Source: the human T2T-CHM13v2.0 reference genome, Homo sapiens. Taken from it: 64,000 nucleotides of DNA. Positions within the stretch are counted from its first letter, which is position 1. Each line of letters starts with the position of its first letter. The position numbers and the translations under genes are program-made. The notes beneath the pieces are model-generated. The model saw only the letters and a list, made by a program, of their open reading frames with translations. It had not been told where the DNA came from and did not search any database. The stretch is from NCBI RefSeq assembly GCF_009914755.1, contig NC_060927.1. One strand, given 5' to 3'. Shown one piece after another: positions 12,450-25,841 of this stretch.

Positions 12450-13729
12450 CTGTTGTTTGAAATGGAATTAAATCCTGAGTATATTGAGGAAAATTGGGGA
12501 GTTCATGGAAAATGGTCACTTTGAGTGGAGAATGTATGTATTTTGGAAGCCAACATTAAAGTGAGGGTATTTTTCCTAACACAGAAGAGCTTTAAGGTTG
12601 CCTCCATACTTTTGCAGAAATAAGTGCCTTCCCAGTAGAATTTCAGCCACCCTAGCCAATTATCAGGAATTATTTCTACCTTGACAATGAAATAAACCCT
12701 CAATAAGGAAAAAAACATAAGCACACTGCAATTTGAGGAACCCGTGTGTATTTCAGAGTCTCCAGGAACAATGTGTTGTTAAACAAAATATAAAATGTGC
12801 AATAAACTTTAGTTATAAAGGACTTTGTTGGCTATAAAATTTTATTTTACTGCTATCCTCCTATGGCTAAACATGTTGGAGATCAGTAAAGTATTAAAAT
12901 ATTTAAGATGACAGAACATGAAGCCTAATTCTAGAAATATAGCAGTGAGAAAGAATGACAAGGGGCAGACACAGAATGCCTATTCCATCAGCTGCATACT
13001 TTCCATCATTTCAGTGTATACTTAATCTTAAAAGATACAGAGGGTGGAGTGAGCATGCGTGGTTGACCATCTTAATTACACTCTACACAGAGACACCAGT
13101 TGAAACTGAGAGTGACAACTTTGTGTCAGAATCACAGTGTTGGAGCAAGTCCCACGTGGTCACTTCTTTCTTGCTTAAACACACAGTCAGGATGTTGGAG
13201 AATTTTCCTGAGGCTCAACTTACTGTTTTCATGAGTCTATGGGAGCTTATAAAAATACATACTGTTTAAATTTTCCTAAATGTGCATGGAGGCAAAGATT
13301 TTTATTCTGAAATGGAGAACCTCTTGTTTTCCATTGTTAAGGAAAGACTTTGTTACAGAAATAAGTCTCCCTGTGGAAAATTATAGTTTTCAGGTGAGCT
13401 ATCCCTACTAATCAGACTCAAGGTTGATTGGAACATTACAAAATTGTATGATTTTTTCCTTTGGAATAAAAATTACTGAATGAGAGAAGCAAAATCCTAA
13501 AAATGAGAAGATGATGGTGTTTTCTACTGAACCATTTCCAAAGTAGAATTAGAAAATTATTTGAATAGTCTGCTAGACTTACATGCATGATTAATTAGGA
13601 TGGCACCGCCAAAACCAGATTCCTTGCTTTTAGAGTGTCTGTATTAAATTTGAACTTGATTTTTTCAATCTCTAATTTTCAGTTATCTACACATGGTTTA
13701 TTGTGGTTTTGTTGCTTTTTTTGTTGCTC

Positions 13730-13779
13730 TGTGTGTAGAGACATGTGTGTGGATATGTGTGTGTGAATATGTGTGTGTG
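13730..13779. repeat. Imperfect (TG)n microsatellite
   Basis: gtgtgt runs interrupted by gatat/gaatat. Confidence 0.8.
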
Positions 13780-14031
13780 GAGAGTGGGTGTCTCATTATT
13801 GTATTCTTAGTTTGTAGCAAACTTCCTAGCACATAGTGGGATATTAACTAATATATCTTAAAGAAAGACACTTGAGTACATTTGCTTTTGTCCTGTATTT
13901 ATAAAAGTAATACTCATTTTAGAAAAATATAAAGGAGAATAAAAAAATAGACAAGGAAACTAAGTTTACTCGTAATCTTACCAACCAGTAATAATGTTAT
14001 TAATCTTTTGGTGTGACTCCAATCATCTAAT

Positions 14032-14088
14032 TTATATATATATATATATGCATACAGACAGATATTTCTAGAAACACACACACACACA
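14032..14088. repeat. (TA)n and (CA)n microsatellites
   Basis: Directly visible. Confidence 0.85.
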
Positions 14089-14110
14089 CCAGACACTCAC
14101 AATTGGTTTC

Positions 14111-14478
14111 TGTATTAGTTCATTTTCACATTGCTATAACGAACCAACTGAGACTGAGTAATTTATGAAGAAAGGAGGTCTAATTGATTCACAGTTCCAC
14201 ATGGCTGAGGAGGCCTCAGGAACCTTACAATCATGGTGGAAGGCAGAGAGGAAGCAAGGCATGTCTTCCATGGCAGCAGAAGAGACAGCGAGTGAGGGGG
14301 GAACTGCCAAACACTTTTCAACCATTAGATCTCATGGGAACTCACCCACTATCATGAGAACAGCATGGGGGAAATTGCCTCCATGATGCAATCACCTCCC
14401 ATTAAGTCCCTTCCTCCACATGTGGGGATTACAATTCAAGATGAGATTTGGGTGGGGACCCAGAACAAAACTATATTA
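14111..14478 (-). mobile_element. THE1D/MSTA-type MaLR solo LTR
   Basis: tgtattagttcattttcacattgctata...gatgagatttgggtggggacccagaacaaaactatatta. Confidence 0.9.
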
Positions 14479-14667
14479 GTAACAAACCAAATATTCAGCT
14501 ATGTAGTCTTTTTTCAGTTTAACCTTAATGAGTTGAAAAATATTCTATCAAATGAAAAATTCTTTATAAAGTTTACCATGCCCACTTATGAAAAAACTTT
14601 AAAACCATGAGCTCCACAAGCTAGGGTTGAAGAAAGCTCCCCTGTGTTTCCTTTACTGGCCAGTAGT

Positions 14668-14925
14668 GATGTTTATTGAACACTCACTAAGTGATAGAAA
14701 CTCTTCTAAGCACTTACTCATAATGTCCAGGTTTAATCTCTACAACTTTTGAAGTAGATGCCATTAGGATCGTCCTTTTATGAACTAGAGAGTGTGACAA
14801 ATTTGCTCAAATTCATATAGCAGGTTAGAGAGCTGAATTTTGGACACAGTTTTGCTGAATCTAGACCCTGAGGTCCAGGTTTGCTGAACCTAGACTTATG
14901 AACCTCTGGGCATATTACTGCCTTC
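14668..14925 (-). mobile_element. MIR SINE
   Basis: 'gtttattgaacactcactaagtg...tctaagcactt...tttaatctctacaac' antisense MIR core. Confidence 0.6.
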
Positions 14926-15045
14926 CATGGCTATGGTATACATCTGGACACGTCTTTAGTCCTTTCACCCTTTGATCACTTGGTCCTATTTATCCTGTTG
15001 GTAAAATGTCTCCTGTTCTCCAACCTCCCATCAATACCTTAACTC

Positions 15046-15260
15046 ACTGGATCTCAACCAGGGCCAGTTTGCCCTCCTGGGGACATTTGGGGATGCCTGG
15101 AGACATTTTTGTTTGTCACAACTTGAAGGCAGATGCTACTGGTATCTACTGGGTAGGGACCAAGGATATTGCTAAACACCCTACAATGTACAGGACAGCC
15201 CCTGCAGCAAAGAATTATGCAGCCCAAAATGTCAGTAGCATCAAAGTTGAGAATGCTGCC
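15046..15260 (+). mobile_element. MER20 (hAT-Charlie)
   Basis: 'ggggacatttggggatgcctggagacatttttg...gctaaacaccctacaatgtacaggacagcccc...cccaaaatgtcagtag'. Confidence 0.9.
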
Positions 15261-15404
15261 TTAGCTCATTTCCTCAACCTCTTTTGTCTGAACATAAATA
15301 GCCTTCTAATCAGTTTCTTTACCTTTAGTTTTATCCTTATCCACACTGCTGCTATGACTAGCTCTTTAAACACAAATAAATCATGCTGTTCTCTTGCTCT
15401 GTTT

Positions 15405-15565
15405 AGCTCTGTCACTCTGGATGGCTACCTGGGTTCAAATTATGATTCAAACAGTTCAGGATCATATGACCTTGGGCAAGTGATTCGTAGCACCTGGCTC
15501 AATAATGTTCTTGTGAGGATTTTAACACTTTGTAGCTAGCATAAATTAAGTCTTCAATAAATGCT
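15405..15565 (+). mobile_element. MIR fragment
   Basis: 'cctgggttcaaat...tgaccttgggcaagtga...gtgaggatt'. Confidence 0.6.
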
Positions 15566-16009
15566 ATCTACCATTTTAAAAAAATCTTTGAAGGCTTTCT
15601 ACTGCCTACAGAAGAAAGCCTATCCTTGTCAACATGATATTCCTTCACTGTGTTTTATTACTCAGAGCCTCTTCTCTGGGATACTGCCCTGGTTGCCCTG
15701 TGTCCAGTCCTGCAGGACTGGACCCTTTAGATTAATGGAGACTTGGGTATCAGGTGTCTTTGCTCAGACTCTGCTGCCAGCTTGGGAAGTCCATCTCCAG
15801 CTCCTCCGCTTGGACACATCTGTCTTATCCAAGACTCAGGTCAAATGTAACCGTTTCTGTTTAACCTTATCTAATAGCTAGTCAGATTTATTTACTCCTT
15901 CCCCTACATTTTCACAACATTTTGGTTATATCATCTCTCTTTCCATCCATCTATCCATCCATCCTTTGATCCTTTCATCCATCCACCCACCTATTCATTG
16001 GCTGTCATA

Positions 16010-16245
16010 CATAGTAATTAAGAGGGCAAGCTCTGGAACCAGATTTTCTTAGTTCAAAAGTCAGATTCCAAAACCAAACTGAGTAACCTTGATCAAGTTA
16101 CTTGATCATGAAGCCTTAATTTCCTTGCATCTCAAATAAGTATAATAATATTATGTAATTAATAAATTGACAGTGAGGGTTGAATGTATGTAAATCATTT
16201 ATTATATTGTCTGTTATGTACAAACCCTAACTAAATGTTAGCTCT
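16010..16245 (+). mobile_element. MIR SINE
   Basis: 'atagtaattaagagggcaagctctggaaccaga...aaccttgatcaagttactt'. Confidence 0.7.
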
Positions 16246-17384
16246 CACCCATTTGTATTTGTTAAATTCCTACTCTGTGATGGGTCCTCTTTACATGATG
16301 CCTTGCATTATAATAAGTTGTGCATGTGCCCAACTCTCCGATTAGGTGATGAGCTTGCAGAGTAAAGGCCCCCTCCCTGCCCCTTAAAAGTAATCTCCTC
16401 TCCACTCCAGCACTTGAAATATAGGTGAAAAAATCATTTCCATCAACATCTAGCCTGTGTTTCATAATGTCCTTGCTGGGCAGTATTTCTCTCTTAAGAT
16501 GCTATGCATCTACTAACGTGAGAAGTATGGCCAGTCAAAAGGAGCCTGCTATTCTCCTGGATTGGTTGCATCCTACTCCCACCCCTCTCCTCAGCATTTC
16601 CAACCCACATTTCAGCTGCCTCTCTGGGAGTCATACAATCACAGTGAATCTCTTCCTGATTATAATAATGGCCTTCAGCCTCCTCCATTATGCTGGAGCT
16701 GAAGAGATGATGTCAGTGACATATTCCTGTAGGAAGAACTCAGTGACTGCTTAATTTTCCATGTAGGTTTTTAATGCTTTGTATTTTGTTAAAATCCAGA
16801 CCACAATCTTCCACTAAGCAAGTGGTCCAATCTGATTAATATAGTACATTCTCCTTTGTTGCCAAACATTGCCAAGGGCAAGGTATTACTTAGGGAACCA
16901 CCCCCTCCTCCAAACATACACACATATAAATGAAAAATAAGTAGATCTGTACAATCATTATTGAGCTAAAATAGCACTTAGAAATGTATTTTTATTGTGA
17001 AAAATGGCCAAATAAGAGTTGCTGACTATTTGTAGCCCTGTAATGTAAGTCAGATAAATTGGTGCCCAGAAGTCTGACATTTCAAAAGCCCAGGAATATG
17101 TCGCATTTTTTCTGGTATGCCATTTTTGTAATTCTCCCAGCTATTTTCCTTTAGCAAGAAGCAATTCTTCTGTGCCCAAGCAGCTCAATTAGAGCATTGT
17201 AAAAGTTGTCATAATGACTTTAACATAAGTGCCCCTGAGCAATAGGGATAATTTTGGAGGGGAGCAAGTTCCGCTGTTACTTTCCTGGTATGGAAAATGG
17301 TAATAGCTTGCTTGGAGAAGAAATGCACCATCTGTAACTTAACTCAGTTAACCTGCTCGGAGAACTAAAAACACACTATCTCAC

Positions 17385-17430
17385 CTGAAGTGGTTTTCCT
17401 GTTTTGGTCTTTTCAACATCTTTGTACCTT
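17385..17430 (-). pseudogene. Candidate 46-nt exon
   Basis: ctacag|AAG...TTCAG|gtgaga (strong donor, weak acceptor); open as RYKDVEKTKTGKPLQ. Confidence 0.3.
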
Positions 17431-17505
17431 CTGTAGCCAACAGCACTCTCCTTTTCCTCTCAGTGCACATATATTAGGTGACTCCACCTCTGTGGTGGTT
17501 TATAA

Positions 17506-17834
17506 CAGTACTCCCCAGCCTTTTGGGCACCAGGCACCGGTTCCATGGAAAGCACTTTTTCCACAGATGGGCTGGGGGTGGGGGATGGTTTTGGAATGAA
17601 ACTGTTCCATCTCAGATCATCAAATATTAGATTATTATAAGAAATGTGCAACCTAGATCCCTTGCATGTGCAGTTCACAATAGGGTTCATGCTCGTATGA
17701 GAATCTAATGCCCTGCTGATCTGACAGGAGGTAGAGCTCAGGCGGTAATGCTCACTTGCCTCCTGCTGTGTGGCCCAGCTCCTAACAGGCCACGGATTGG
17801 TACTGGTCCATGGCCTGGGGGTTAGGGACCCCTG
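17506..17834 (+). mobile_element. MER1B (hAT-Charlie)
   Basis: Full-length match ending gttagggacccctg; 8-bp TSD gtttataa (17498-17505) / gtttagaa (17835-17842). Confidence 0.92.
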
Positions 17835-17940
17835 GTTTAGAATATACCTACAAATTCTCCCCTTGAATATCAACTGGCCTCCGTGATTTACTTCTAATAA
17901 ATAGAATGCAGCAGAAATTACACTGTCTGACATTTGAGCA

Positions 17941-18115
17941 CAGGTCAGCGGTCAGCGCATTTTTTCTGCAAGTGCTCACATTGTAAATATTTTCAGCTTC
18001 ACAGGCCATACCCACATGGCCTCTGTCACAACTCCATAGCTCTGCTATTGTAGCATGTAGCAGCCATAGATAATATACAGACAACCTTGGCTATTTTCTG
18101 ATGAAAATTTATTTC
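17941..18115 (+). mobile_element. MER58A (hAT-Charlie)
   Basis: 'gtaaatattttcagcttcacaggccata...ctctgtcacaactc...gcagccatagataata'. Confidence 0.8.
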
Positions 18116-18369
18116 ACCTTGAAGCCACCATGCTAGAGAGGTTATGAGGAAAGAATACATAGAGATAGAAAGAGATGCTCATGAAGCCTCAGCGTCCAAG
18201 CCATCTTCCCTTGCAGGTATGTGAGGAGGAGGCCTTCAAGATGAGTCCAGCTTAGCCACCATCTGGATGCAACTACACTGTGAGACCCCCAGTGAGAACA
18301 GATTAGCTGGTGCAGTCAACTCCCAGAACTGTGACAGATGATGATAATGACAATAATGATATAATGGCT

Positions 18370-18745
18370 TTGGGATGGGCACATGATCTAGACCTCACTT
18401 ATCCGTATATTTTAACTCCCTGCCAATATTACTTTGTAGAGGAAGGGACACGTGCCTCAGTTTGATCCAATGAGATGCAGTTCCTTGATCTTGAGGAAGA
18501 GTGGAGGAACTCTCCTTTTGCTATATTTCTAACCAGACAACCTGAGGCTGCTCGTGGACATTTTGATACCACATGGGAAGAGCCTGTCCAAGATAATAAC
18601 CAACAAAGAAGAAACCAGGGCAGATAAGCAGAGAGCTAGAGAGACAGATTCTGAAGGCATCGTTTGGGTATCATTACAGAGTTGTTCCTGAACACTAACC
18701 ATGTGTATTTCAGTTATAGGAGCCAATTGTTTAAACTTTTCATTA
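18370..18745. mobile_element. Degraded old MaLR LTR (MLT1J/K-like)
   Basis: 'catgggaagagcctgtccaagataataaccaac...gagacagattctgaaggcatcgtttggg'. Confidence 0.4.
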
Positions 18746-19004
18746 TAGTAAGATATATATTCATAAATCATAAGTGTATAGGTTGATGATTTTAACAAAC
18801 TGACCACAGCCATGTAGCCAGGACCCAGGTTAAGAGACCAAAGTTTGCCACTCTTCCAACTGCCTATCTCTTGCCTCTTTTCAGCTTTTCTCCAAAGATA
18901 ACCACTAGCTTTGACAGCATATATTAGTTGTTTTACTTTTTGTGCTTTGTTCCAATGTAATCATACAGTATGCACTCTTTTGCATCTGACTTGTTATTTT
19001 CTCC

Positions 19005-22000
19005 CTTTTATTTTTGGTTGACACATAATAGTTGTACATATTTATGGGATACAGAGTAATATTTTAATACATGTATACAATGTGTAATGATCAAATCAGA
19101 GTAATTAGAATATCCATCACCTTAAATGTTTATCATTTCTTTGTATTGTGAACATTCAAAATCCTCTCTTCTAGCTTTGTGAAAATATATGATAAATTAT
19201 TGTTAACTGTATTTGCCCTATAGTGCCATAGAACATGAGAACTTATTCCTCTTATTATCTAGCTATCTAGCTGTAATTTTGTATCTTGAACCAACCTCTC
19301 CCTATCCTTCCCTGCCTCCTACTCATCCCAGCCTCTATAACCACAATTTTCCTCTGTTCAGTTCTTCAACTCCCACATATGTGTGAGAACACATAGTATT
19401 TATTTTTCTTTGATGACTTATTTCACTTAACATAATACCTTCCAGACTTTTTCATGTTGCCACAAATGACAGGATTTTATTCTTTTTAATGGTTGGATAG
19501 CTTCTATTGTGTATATATACCATATTTTCTTTATCTATTCATCTGGTGATGAACATTTAGGTTGATCCCATATCTTGGCTATGTGAATAGTGTTGCAATA
19601 AACATGGGGGGCAGATATATGCTTGTAAAAGAATTGCCTTTTCTCTGCATCCTCTTCTGCATTTGTTATTTTTTGTCTTTTTGATAATAACCATTCTGAT
19701 GGGAGTGAGGTGATATCTCACTGTAGTTTGGATTTACATTTTCCTAATGATTGGTGATATTGAGCATTTTTTTCATATACTTCTTGGCCATTTGTATATC
19801 TTCTTTTGAGAAGTGTTTTTTCAGATCCTTTGCCCACTTTTAAGTCAAATCTTTTTTTGTATGAATTGTTTGAGTTCCTTGTATATTCTGGATATTAGTT
19901 CCTTTTCAGATTAATAGTTTGCAAATATTTTTTCTCGTTCAACACATTGTCTCTCTCTCATGTTGATTGTTTCCTTTGGTGTACAGAAGCTTTTTAGTTT
20001 GATATAGTGCCATTTGTCTTTTTTTGTTTCTGTTGCTTGTGCTTTTGAAATCTTAGCCATAAGTTTTTTGCCTAGACCAATGTCCTCAAGTGTTTCCCCT
20101 ATGTTTTCTTCTAGTGATTTTATAGTTTCAGGTCTTATATTTAAGTCTTCAATTCATTTTGAGTTTATTTTTGTATATGGTGACAGACAGGGATCATTTC
20201 ATTCTTCTACATATGGATATCCAGTTTTTCTACCATCTCTTTTTGAAGAGGTTGTGCTTTCCTCAATATGTATTCTTGGTGCCTTTGTCAAAAATTAGTT
20301 GGCTGTAAACATATGGATTTAATGCTAGGTTCTCTGTTACTTTCCACTGGTCTGTGTGTCTGTTTTTATACCAATACTATGCTGTTTTGTTTGCTGTAGC
20401 TTTGTAGTACATTTTGAAGTCAGGTGGTGTGGTACTTTCAGCTTTGTTCTTTTTGCTCAGCATAGCTTTGGCTACTCAAGGTCTTTTATGGTTTCATACA
20501 AATTTTGGAACAGTTTTTAAAAGTTCCTGTAAAGAAGGTCATTGATATTTTGATAGGAATTGCATTGAATCTGTAGATTGTTTTGGGTGTATAATCATTT
20601 TAACAATGTTAATTTTTTTGTTCTATGAGCCTGATATGTCTTTCCATTTGTTGTTGTTGTTGTGTTGCCTCTTCAATTTCTTTTATCAGCATTTCGTGGT
20701 TTTCATTATAGAGATCTTTCACCTTCTTGGTTAAATTTATATCTAGGTATTTTACATATTTTTTGTAGCTATGGAATTGCAGTTTGATTTCTTTTTCAAC
20801 TAGTTCTTTATTGATGTATAGAAACACTACTGATTTTTGTATATATTGATGCAGTATTCTGCCACTTTACTAGATTTGTCTGTGCTAAGGGTATTTATTT
20901 ATCTTTAGGTTTTTCTATATACAAGATAATGTACTCTGTGAAGAGGGACAATTTGACTTTCTATTTTCTAATTTGAATGCCCTTTAATTCTTCTCTTGCT
21001 AATTACTCTAGCTAGGACTTCCAATACTGTGTTGAGTAGAAGTGGTGAAAGTGGGCATTTTTGTCTTTCTCCACCTTTTAGAGCGAAGGCTTTCAGCTTT
21101 GCCCCGTTCAGTATAATGTTAGTTATGGGTTTGTCCTATATATGGCTGTTTTTGTTTTGAGGTATGTTCCTTCTATATTTAATTTGTTTAAAGTTTTTAA
21201 AATCATTTTATAAAATATTTTTTCTGTGTTTATTGAGATGATCACATGATTTTTGGGTTTTATTCTGTTGATGTGATGTATTACATTCATTGATTTGCAA
21301 ATGTTGAACCAACCTTGCATCCCTGGGGTAAATCCCAGTTTAGCATGATGTATTATTTTTTTCAATGCACTGTTTGATTCAGTTTGCTGGTATTTTGTTG
21401 AGAATTTTTACAGCTTTCTTCATCAGGGATATTGTCCTGCAGTTTTCTTTTTTTGTTATGTCTTTTTCTGGTTTTGGTATGAGGGTAATGCTGGTCTCAT
21501 AGAATGTGTTAGGAAGAATTTCCTCCGCTTCAATTTTTGAAATGGTTTGAGAAGATTTAATGTGACTTCTTTAGAAGTTTGGAATTTAGCAGTAAAGCTA
21601 TTCAGACTAGGCTATTCTTTGTTGGGAGACTTTTTATTAACAATGAATCTCATTAATTATTATTGGTCTCTTCAGTTTTTCTATGACTTCCTGATTCAGT
21701 CTTGGTAGGTTATATATGTCCAGGAATTTATACATTTCTTGCAGGTTTTCCAATTTGTTGGTGTATAATTGTTCATAACAGTTTCTAATAGTCCTTTGTA
21801 TTTCTGTGGTATCAGTTGTAAAGTCTCCATTTTTTTGCTTCTGATTTTATTTATTAGGGTCTTCTCCTTTTCTTAATTTAGCTAATGGTATGTTGATTTT
21901 GTTTATCTTTTCAAAAAAACCTGCTTTTTGCTTTGTTGGCCTTTTGTATTTTTTTTATCTCAACGTCTTTTAGTTGTGCTATAATCTTTATTATTTTTTT

Positions 22001-23045
22001 CCTTCTATCAGTTTTGGGTTTGGTTTGTTCTTGCTTGTCTAGTTCCTTGAAGTGCGTAATTAGGTTGTTTATTTGAAATCCTTGTACATTTTTGATGTAG
22101 TCATTTATTGCTAAAAATTTCCCTCTTAGTACTGCTTTTGTTATATCCCATGAGTTTTGGTATGTTTCTATTTTCATTTGTTTCAAGACTTTTTTTATTT
22201 CTTTCTCAATGTCTTCATTAACTGAATAATCATTCAGAAACATGTTTAATTTGCATTTACAGTTCTGTAAGAGTCTCTTAGGTCCATTTTGTCTATAGTG
22301 CAGTTTAAGTCCAATGTTCCTTGCTGAGTTTCTGTCTAGGTGATTTGTGCAATACTGAAAGTGAGGTGTTGAAGTTCCCAGCTCTTACTATATTATTAGA
22401 GCTAACTTGTTATATACCTGGGTGCTTCTTTGTTGGGTACATATATAATTGTTATATCTTCTTTTTTTATTATTATACTTTAAGTTTTAGGGTACATGTG
22501 CACAATGTGCAGGTTTGTTACATATGTATACATGTGCCATGTTGGTGTGCTGCACCCATTAACTTGTCATTAACATTAGGTATATCTCCTAATGCTATCC
22601 CTCCACCCTCCCCCCACCCCACAACATATATCTTCTTGCTGAATTTGTCCCTTTATCATTATATAATCACCTTCTTGATTTCTTTTTTTTTTCACTTAAA
22701 GTCTGTTTTTTCTGATATAAGTACAGCTGTTTCTACATGCTTTTGATTTCCATTTGTGTGGAATACCTTTTTATATCCCTTAACTCTAAGTCTATGTGTG
22801 TATTTATGGGCGAAGTACCTTCTCACAGGCAACATATGGTTGAGTTTTTTAAAACATCTATTCAGCCAGTCTGTATCTTTTAACCGGGAATTCAAACTTT
22901 ACAATCAAGGTTTTTATTGATGGAAGAGAACTTACTCTTGTCATTTTGTTCATCGTTATCTAATTATTTTATATATCCTATGTTCCTTCATTTATGTCTT
23001 GTGATTTATCTTTGTGATATGGTGGTTTTCTGTAGTAATGACATT
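19005..23045 (-). mobile_element. L1MA-type LINE-1 (3' UTR through ORF2 endonuclease region), preceded by an L1ME-like 3' fragment at ~18750-19000
   Basis: 3' end 'gacacataatagttgtacatatttatgggatac'; broken ORF2 peptides ([11 protein letters not shown]; YQNSWDITKAVLRGKF). Confidence 0.9.
22464..22626 (-). mobile_element. Short 5'-truncated L1PA (PA4/5-like) 3' end inserted in the L1MA
   Basis: ttattatactttaagttttagggtacatgtgcacaatgtgcagg...; TSD tatatcttctt at 22453-22463 and 22627-22637. Confidence 0.92.
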
Positions 23046-23361
23046 CTCCAGGTGTCAAGATGATGTTTTACTTTGGGACCTCAATTTTCTGATGGATCCA
23101 AGAAAAGCCATTGATTTTCAGTTTGATCAGCTTTTTATTGTTGTTTTAAGGATGGAAATGATTGGAATGTGACTACCACTTTACATATCAGAACTGAAAT
23201 GGGAAGCTTATACATTAAAGTTTTAGAGGACTCACTTTTTATTCTTTTTGGAATCTTTTTTGTGTTTTTTTGATACTAATTTACAAAATTCGTGTTTTTT
23301 AGTACGGATTAGTGACACTGGAATGATAGTCAAGTCACTTTTAACTTCATTGTTCTAAATT

Positions 23362-23663
23362 TCTTTTAAAAAATTGTTTTGAAACAGGTTCCTGCTCTGT
23401 CACCCAGCCTGGAGTGCAGTAATACAATCATAGCTCACTACAGCCTCGAACTCCTGGGCTCAACTGATTCTCTTGCCTCAGCCTCCTGAATAGCTGGGAC
23501 AACAGGCATGTGCCACCACACCCGGCTAATATTTTTTACGTTTTGTGGAAGTGGAGTCTCACTATGTTACCCAGGCTGGCCTCAAACTCATGAGTTCAAA
23601 ACATACTCCTGTCTTAGCCTCTCAAAATCCTGGGATTATAGATGTGAGCCAGGATAACTGGCC
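23362..23663 (-). mobile_element. AluJ
   Basis: 'atcatagctcactacagcctcgaactcctgggctcaa'; TSD catt(g/a)ttctaaatt. Confidence 0.9.
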
Positions 23664-23997
23664 CATTATTCTAAATTCCAATCATTCATGAGTCTATGAA
23701 AAATTTATAACAAATGACTACTTTGGAGTTCAATAAGCTGAGTAACTCAGCCTCAGTCACACAACTAACTAACCCCAGAGAAGAGACCCAAATCTCTCTG
23801 GTCCTCTGGACACATTGCTCAGTGATCTTGCCTCTGCATCTTTCTAAGGTCTGGTTTCACTCTATAATTTTCTTTCAAACCATGGTATGACTGTGAACCT
23901 AGTGTACTTTCTGTTATCTTGTTGGGGAAAAATTATAATACATAATTCAATAGCATACACATTATTTGCTTTCCTTTGTAGATTCCAGGGAGTCTAC

Positions 23998-24124
23998 CAA
24001 CTTATAACACATTAAAAAATCATTTAAAGGTATTAGAAAGGTATTTTTTGGTTGAGTAAAAGTGGAAATGTATGAACAGTTTAAAATTTTTTTTTTGGTT
24101 GTTGAGTGATCTTCACTTTGAATA
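23998..24124 (-). pseudogene. Candidate cadherin-like exon remnant
   Basis: Acceptor ctctttcag|; frame gives STFTQPKNTFLIPLN, resembling cadherin PxFtqpxYxfxIpEN; donor weak. Confidence 0.25.
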
Positions 24125-24640
24125 CTGAAAGAGTCTGATTTCATTCTATTGGTTTTTCAATGACAGGTATGTCCTTAAAATTCAACTATTTATTTAGGCT
24201 GTCACTAAAGAAAACTGCTGACATGGTAAAAGCCCATGGTATAAGTACCAAGCCTAAAAATATGTGGAGTGTTTAGAGAGAATATAAAAAAAAAAAGATA
24301 TGTAAAAGAATGTGAATTAAGCCAGCAGTTTGTCTTTGAAAAAGAGAGTGTTGATTTGGGGCTTCTGATCTGTATGCTACCCCATTTCTCTACTGATATT
24401 TCTCTACTGATAGTAAAGATGTTCAAAGGCACCTAAAAGTCTGAACTATTAAGAAGCTATACTCCAAAATCAATGTTAGTTTTGTCTCTCACTCCTTCAC
24501 AGACAGGCTTTTTTTTTTTTTTATTTTTTTAAATCAATTCCTGTTTGGGGCTAATTGTTTAAAAGCCATGACTTCATTTTCAGGTTAAATACATGTCTCT
24601 TCCATTCTGAGAATTAAAAAAAAAGAAAAGAAAAAAAAAA

Positions 24641-24803
24641 CAGTCTTTGAGTACTATGTTCAATTTACTAAAAATATCTAGAAAACTAAAGTATTCCCAA
24701 AGGCAAATCTTTGGTGTGACAGATGTAAAATAATATCCACAAGCTGAAGGGTCTGTCTTAGAAAAGCATTCTGCATCTGCTTCAACAAGAGTACTGGGTG
24801 TCA
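24641..24803 (+). repeat. Inverted repeat, left arm (163 bp)
   Basis: Reverse complement of 25679-25841, 18 mismatches, no gaps (hand alignment). Confidence 0.97.
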
Positions 24804-24929
24804 TTTATAATTCATGCAAGTATATTGAAGCTTTCTGCTGTCGTCCAAGAAAGATGGTTTTCAAAGCTACAGAGTGCAATAATCCAATATTCCTTGTAGA
24901 GAGTCCCATATATCTCATATAGATTTTAC

Positions 24930-25093
24930 ACTGGAGATCATTTCCATGCTGATGACCTCAAGAATACAATGTGATATTTTCAGAAAACACAGATTTATGC
25001 TATGTGCTATTTCTGTGGGCTTGGGGGACAACCATTAGATCATTAAGTTGAAGGTATATTTCTAGTCAGACTTAATCCACATTGCAGTGGTCA
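24930..25093 (-). pseudogene. Candidate cadherin-repeat exon remnant inside the inverted-repeat loop
   Basis: Strong acceptor (poly-T)gtag|; DHCNVD*V*LEIYLQLND / NGCPP / NST*HKSVFSENIT / ILEVI across frameshifts, resembling DxNDxPxF...YxxxVxEN. Confidence 0.4.
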
Positions 25094-25231
25094 CTACAAA
25101 AAAAAATGGGTATCTAAATGCCTCAAGAACTTCAGTTTTTGTGTTCAACATATTTTGCAGTGGAAAATGAGTTTGATGATCAGAGTGTACTCCTATAGAA
25201 GGCAAAATGACCATGAGAATAATTAGAATAA

Positions 25232-25551
<320 letters not shown>

Positions 25552-25678
25552 TCAATCATTTCTTCTAAAGTACAGGACTTTGAATATGAGATCAGCTTAT
25601 ATTCAAAATCAATTTAATAATTAAATCAAATTTAAATATTAAATTATTTGCAGGCCAAAAGAAGTGAGCTTCCTAAAG

Positions 25679-25841
25679 TGACACCCAATACTCTTGTTAA
25701 AGCTGCTACAGAATGCTTTTCTAAGAAAGACCCTTCAGCTTATGGGTGTTATTTTACATCTGTCACACAAAAGATTTCTCTTTGGAAACAATTTAGTATT
25801 CTAAATATTTTTAGTTAATTGAACATAGTACTCAAAGACTG
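25679..25841 (-). repeat. Inverted repeat, right arm (163 bp)
   Basis: See left arm. Confidence 0.97.

Larger units (their letters stand above)
17491..18345 (+). mobile_element. MLT1H/G-type LTR interrupted by MER1B and MER58A
   Basis: Starts tgtggtggtttataa, resumes 'aatatacctacaaattc...aatagaatgcagcagaa' and 'gaagccaccatgctagagagg...cccagaactgtga'. Confidence 0.6.

Noticed and set aside
15006-15539. 177-aa plus-strand ORF
   Set aside because: Read-through of MER20, probable L2 and MIR sequence
16609-16726. Minus segment with strong acceptor ttcttcctacag and donor gtgggt
   Set aside because: Stops in all three frames and no motif; cannot be supported beyond the splice signals
25611-25645. 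16-bp-arm AT-only hairpin with a 3-nt loop and one mismatch
   Set aside because: Low complexity; readily arises by chance
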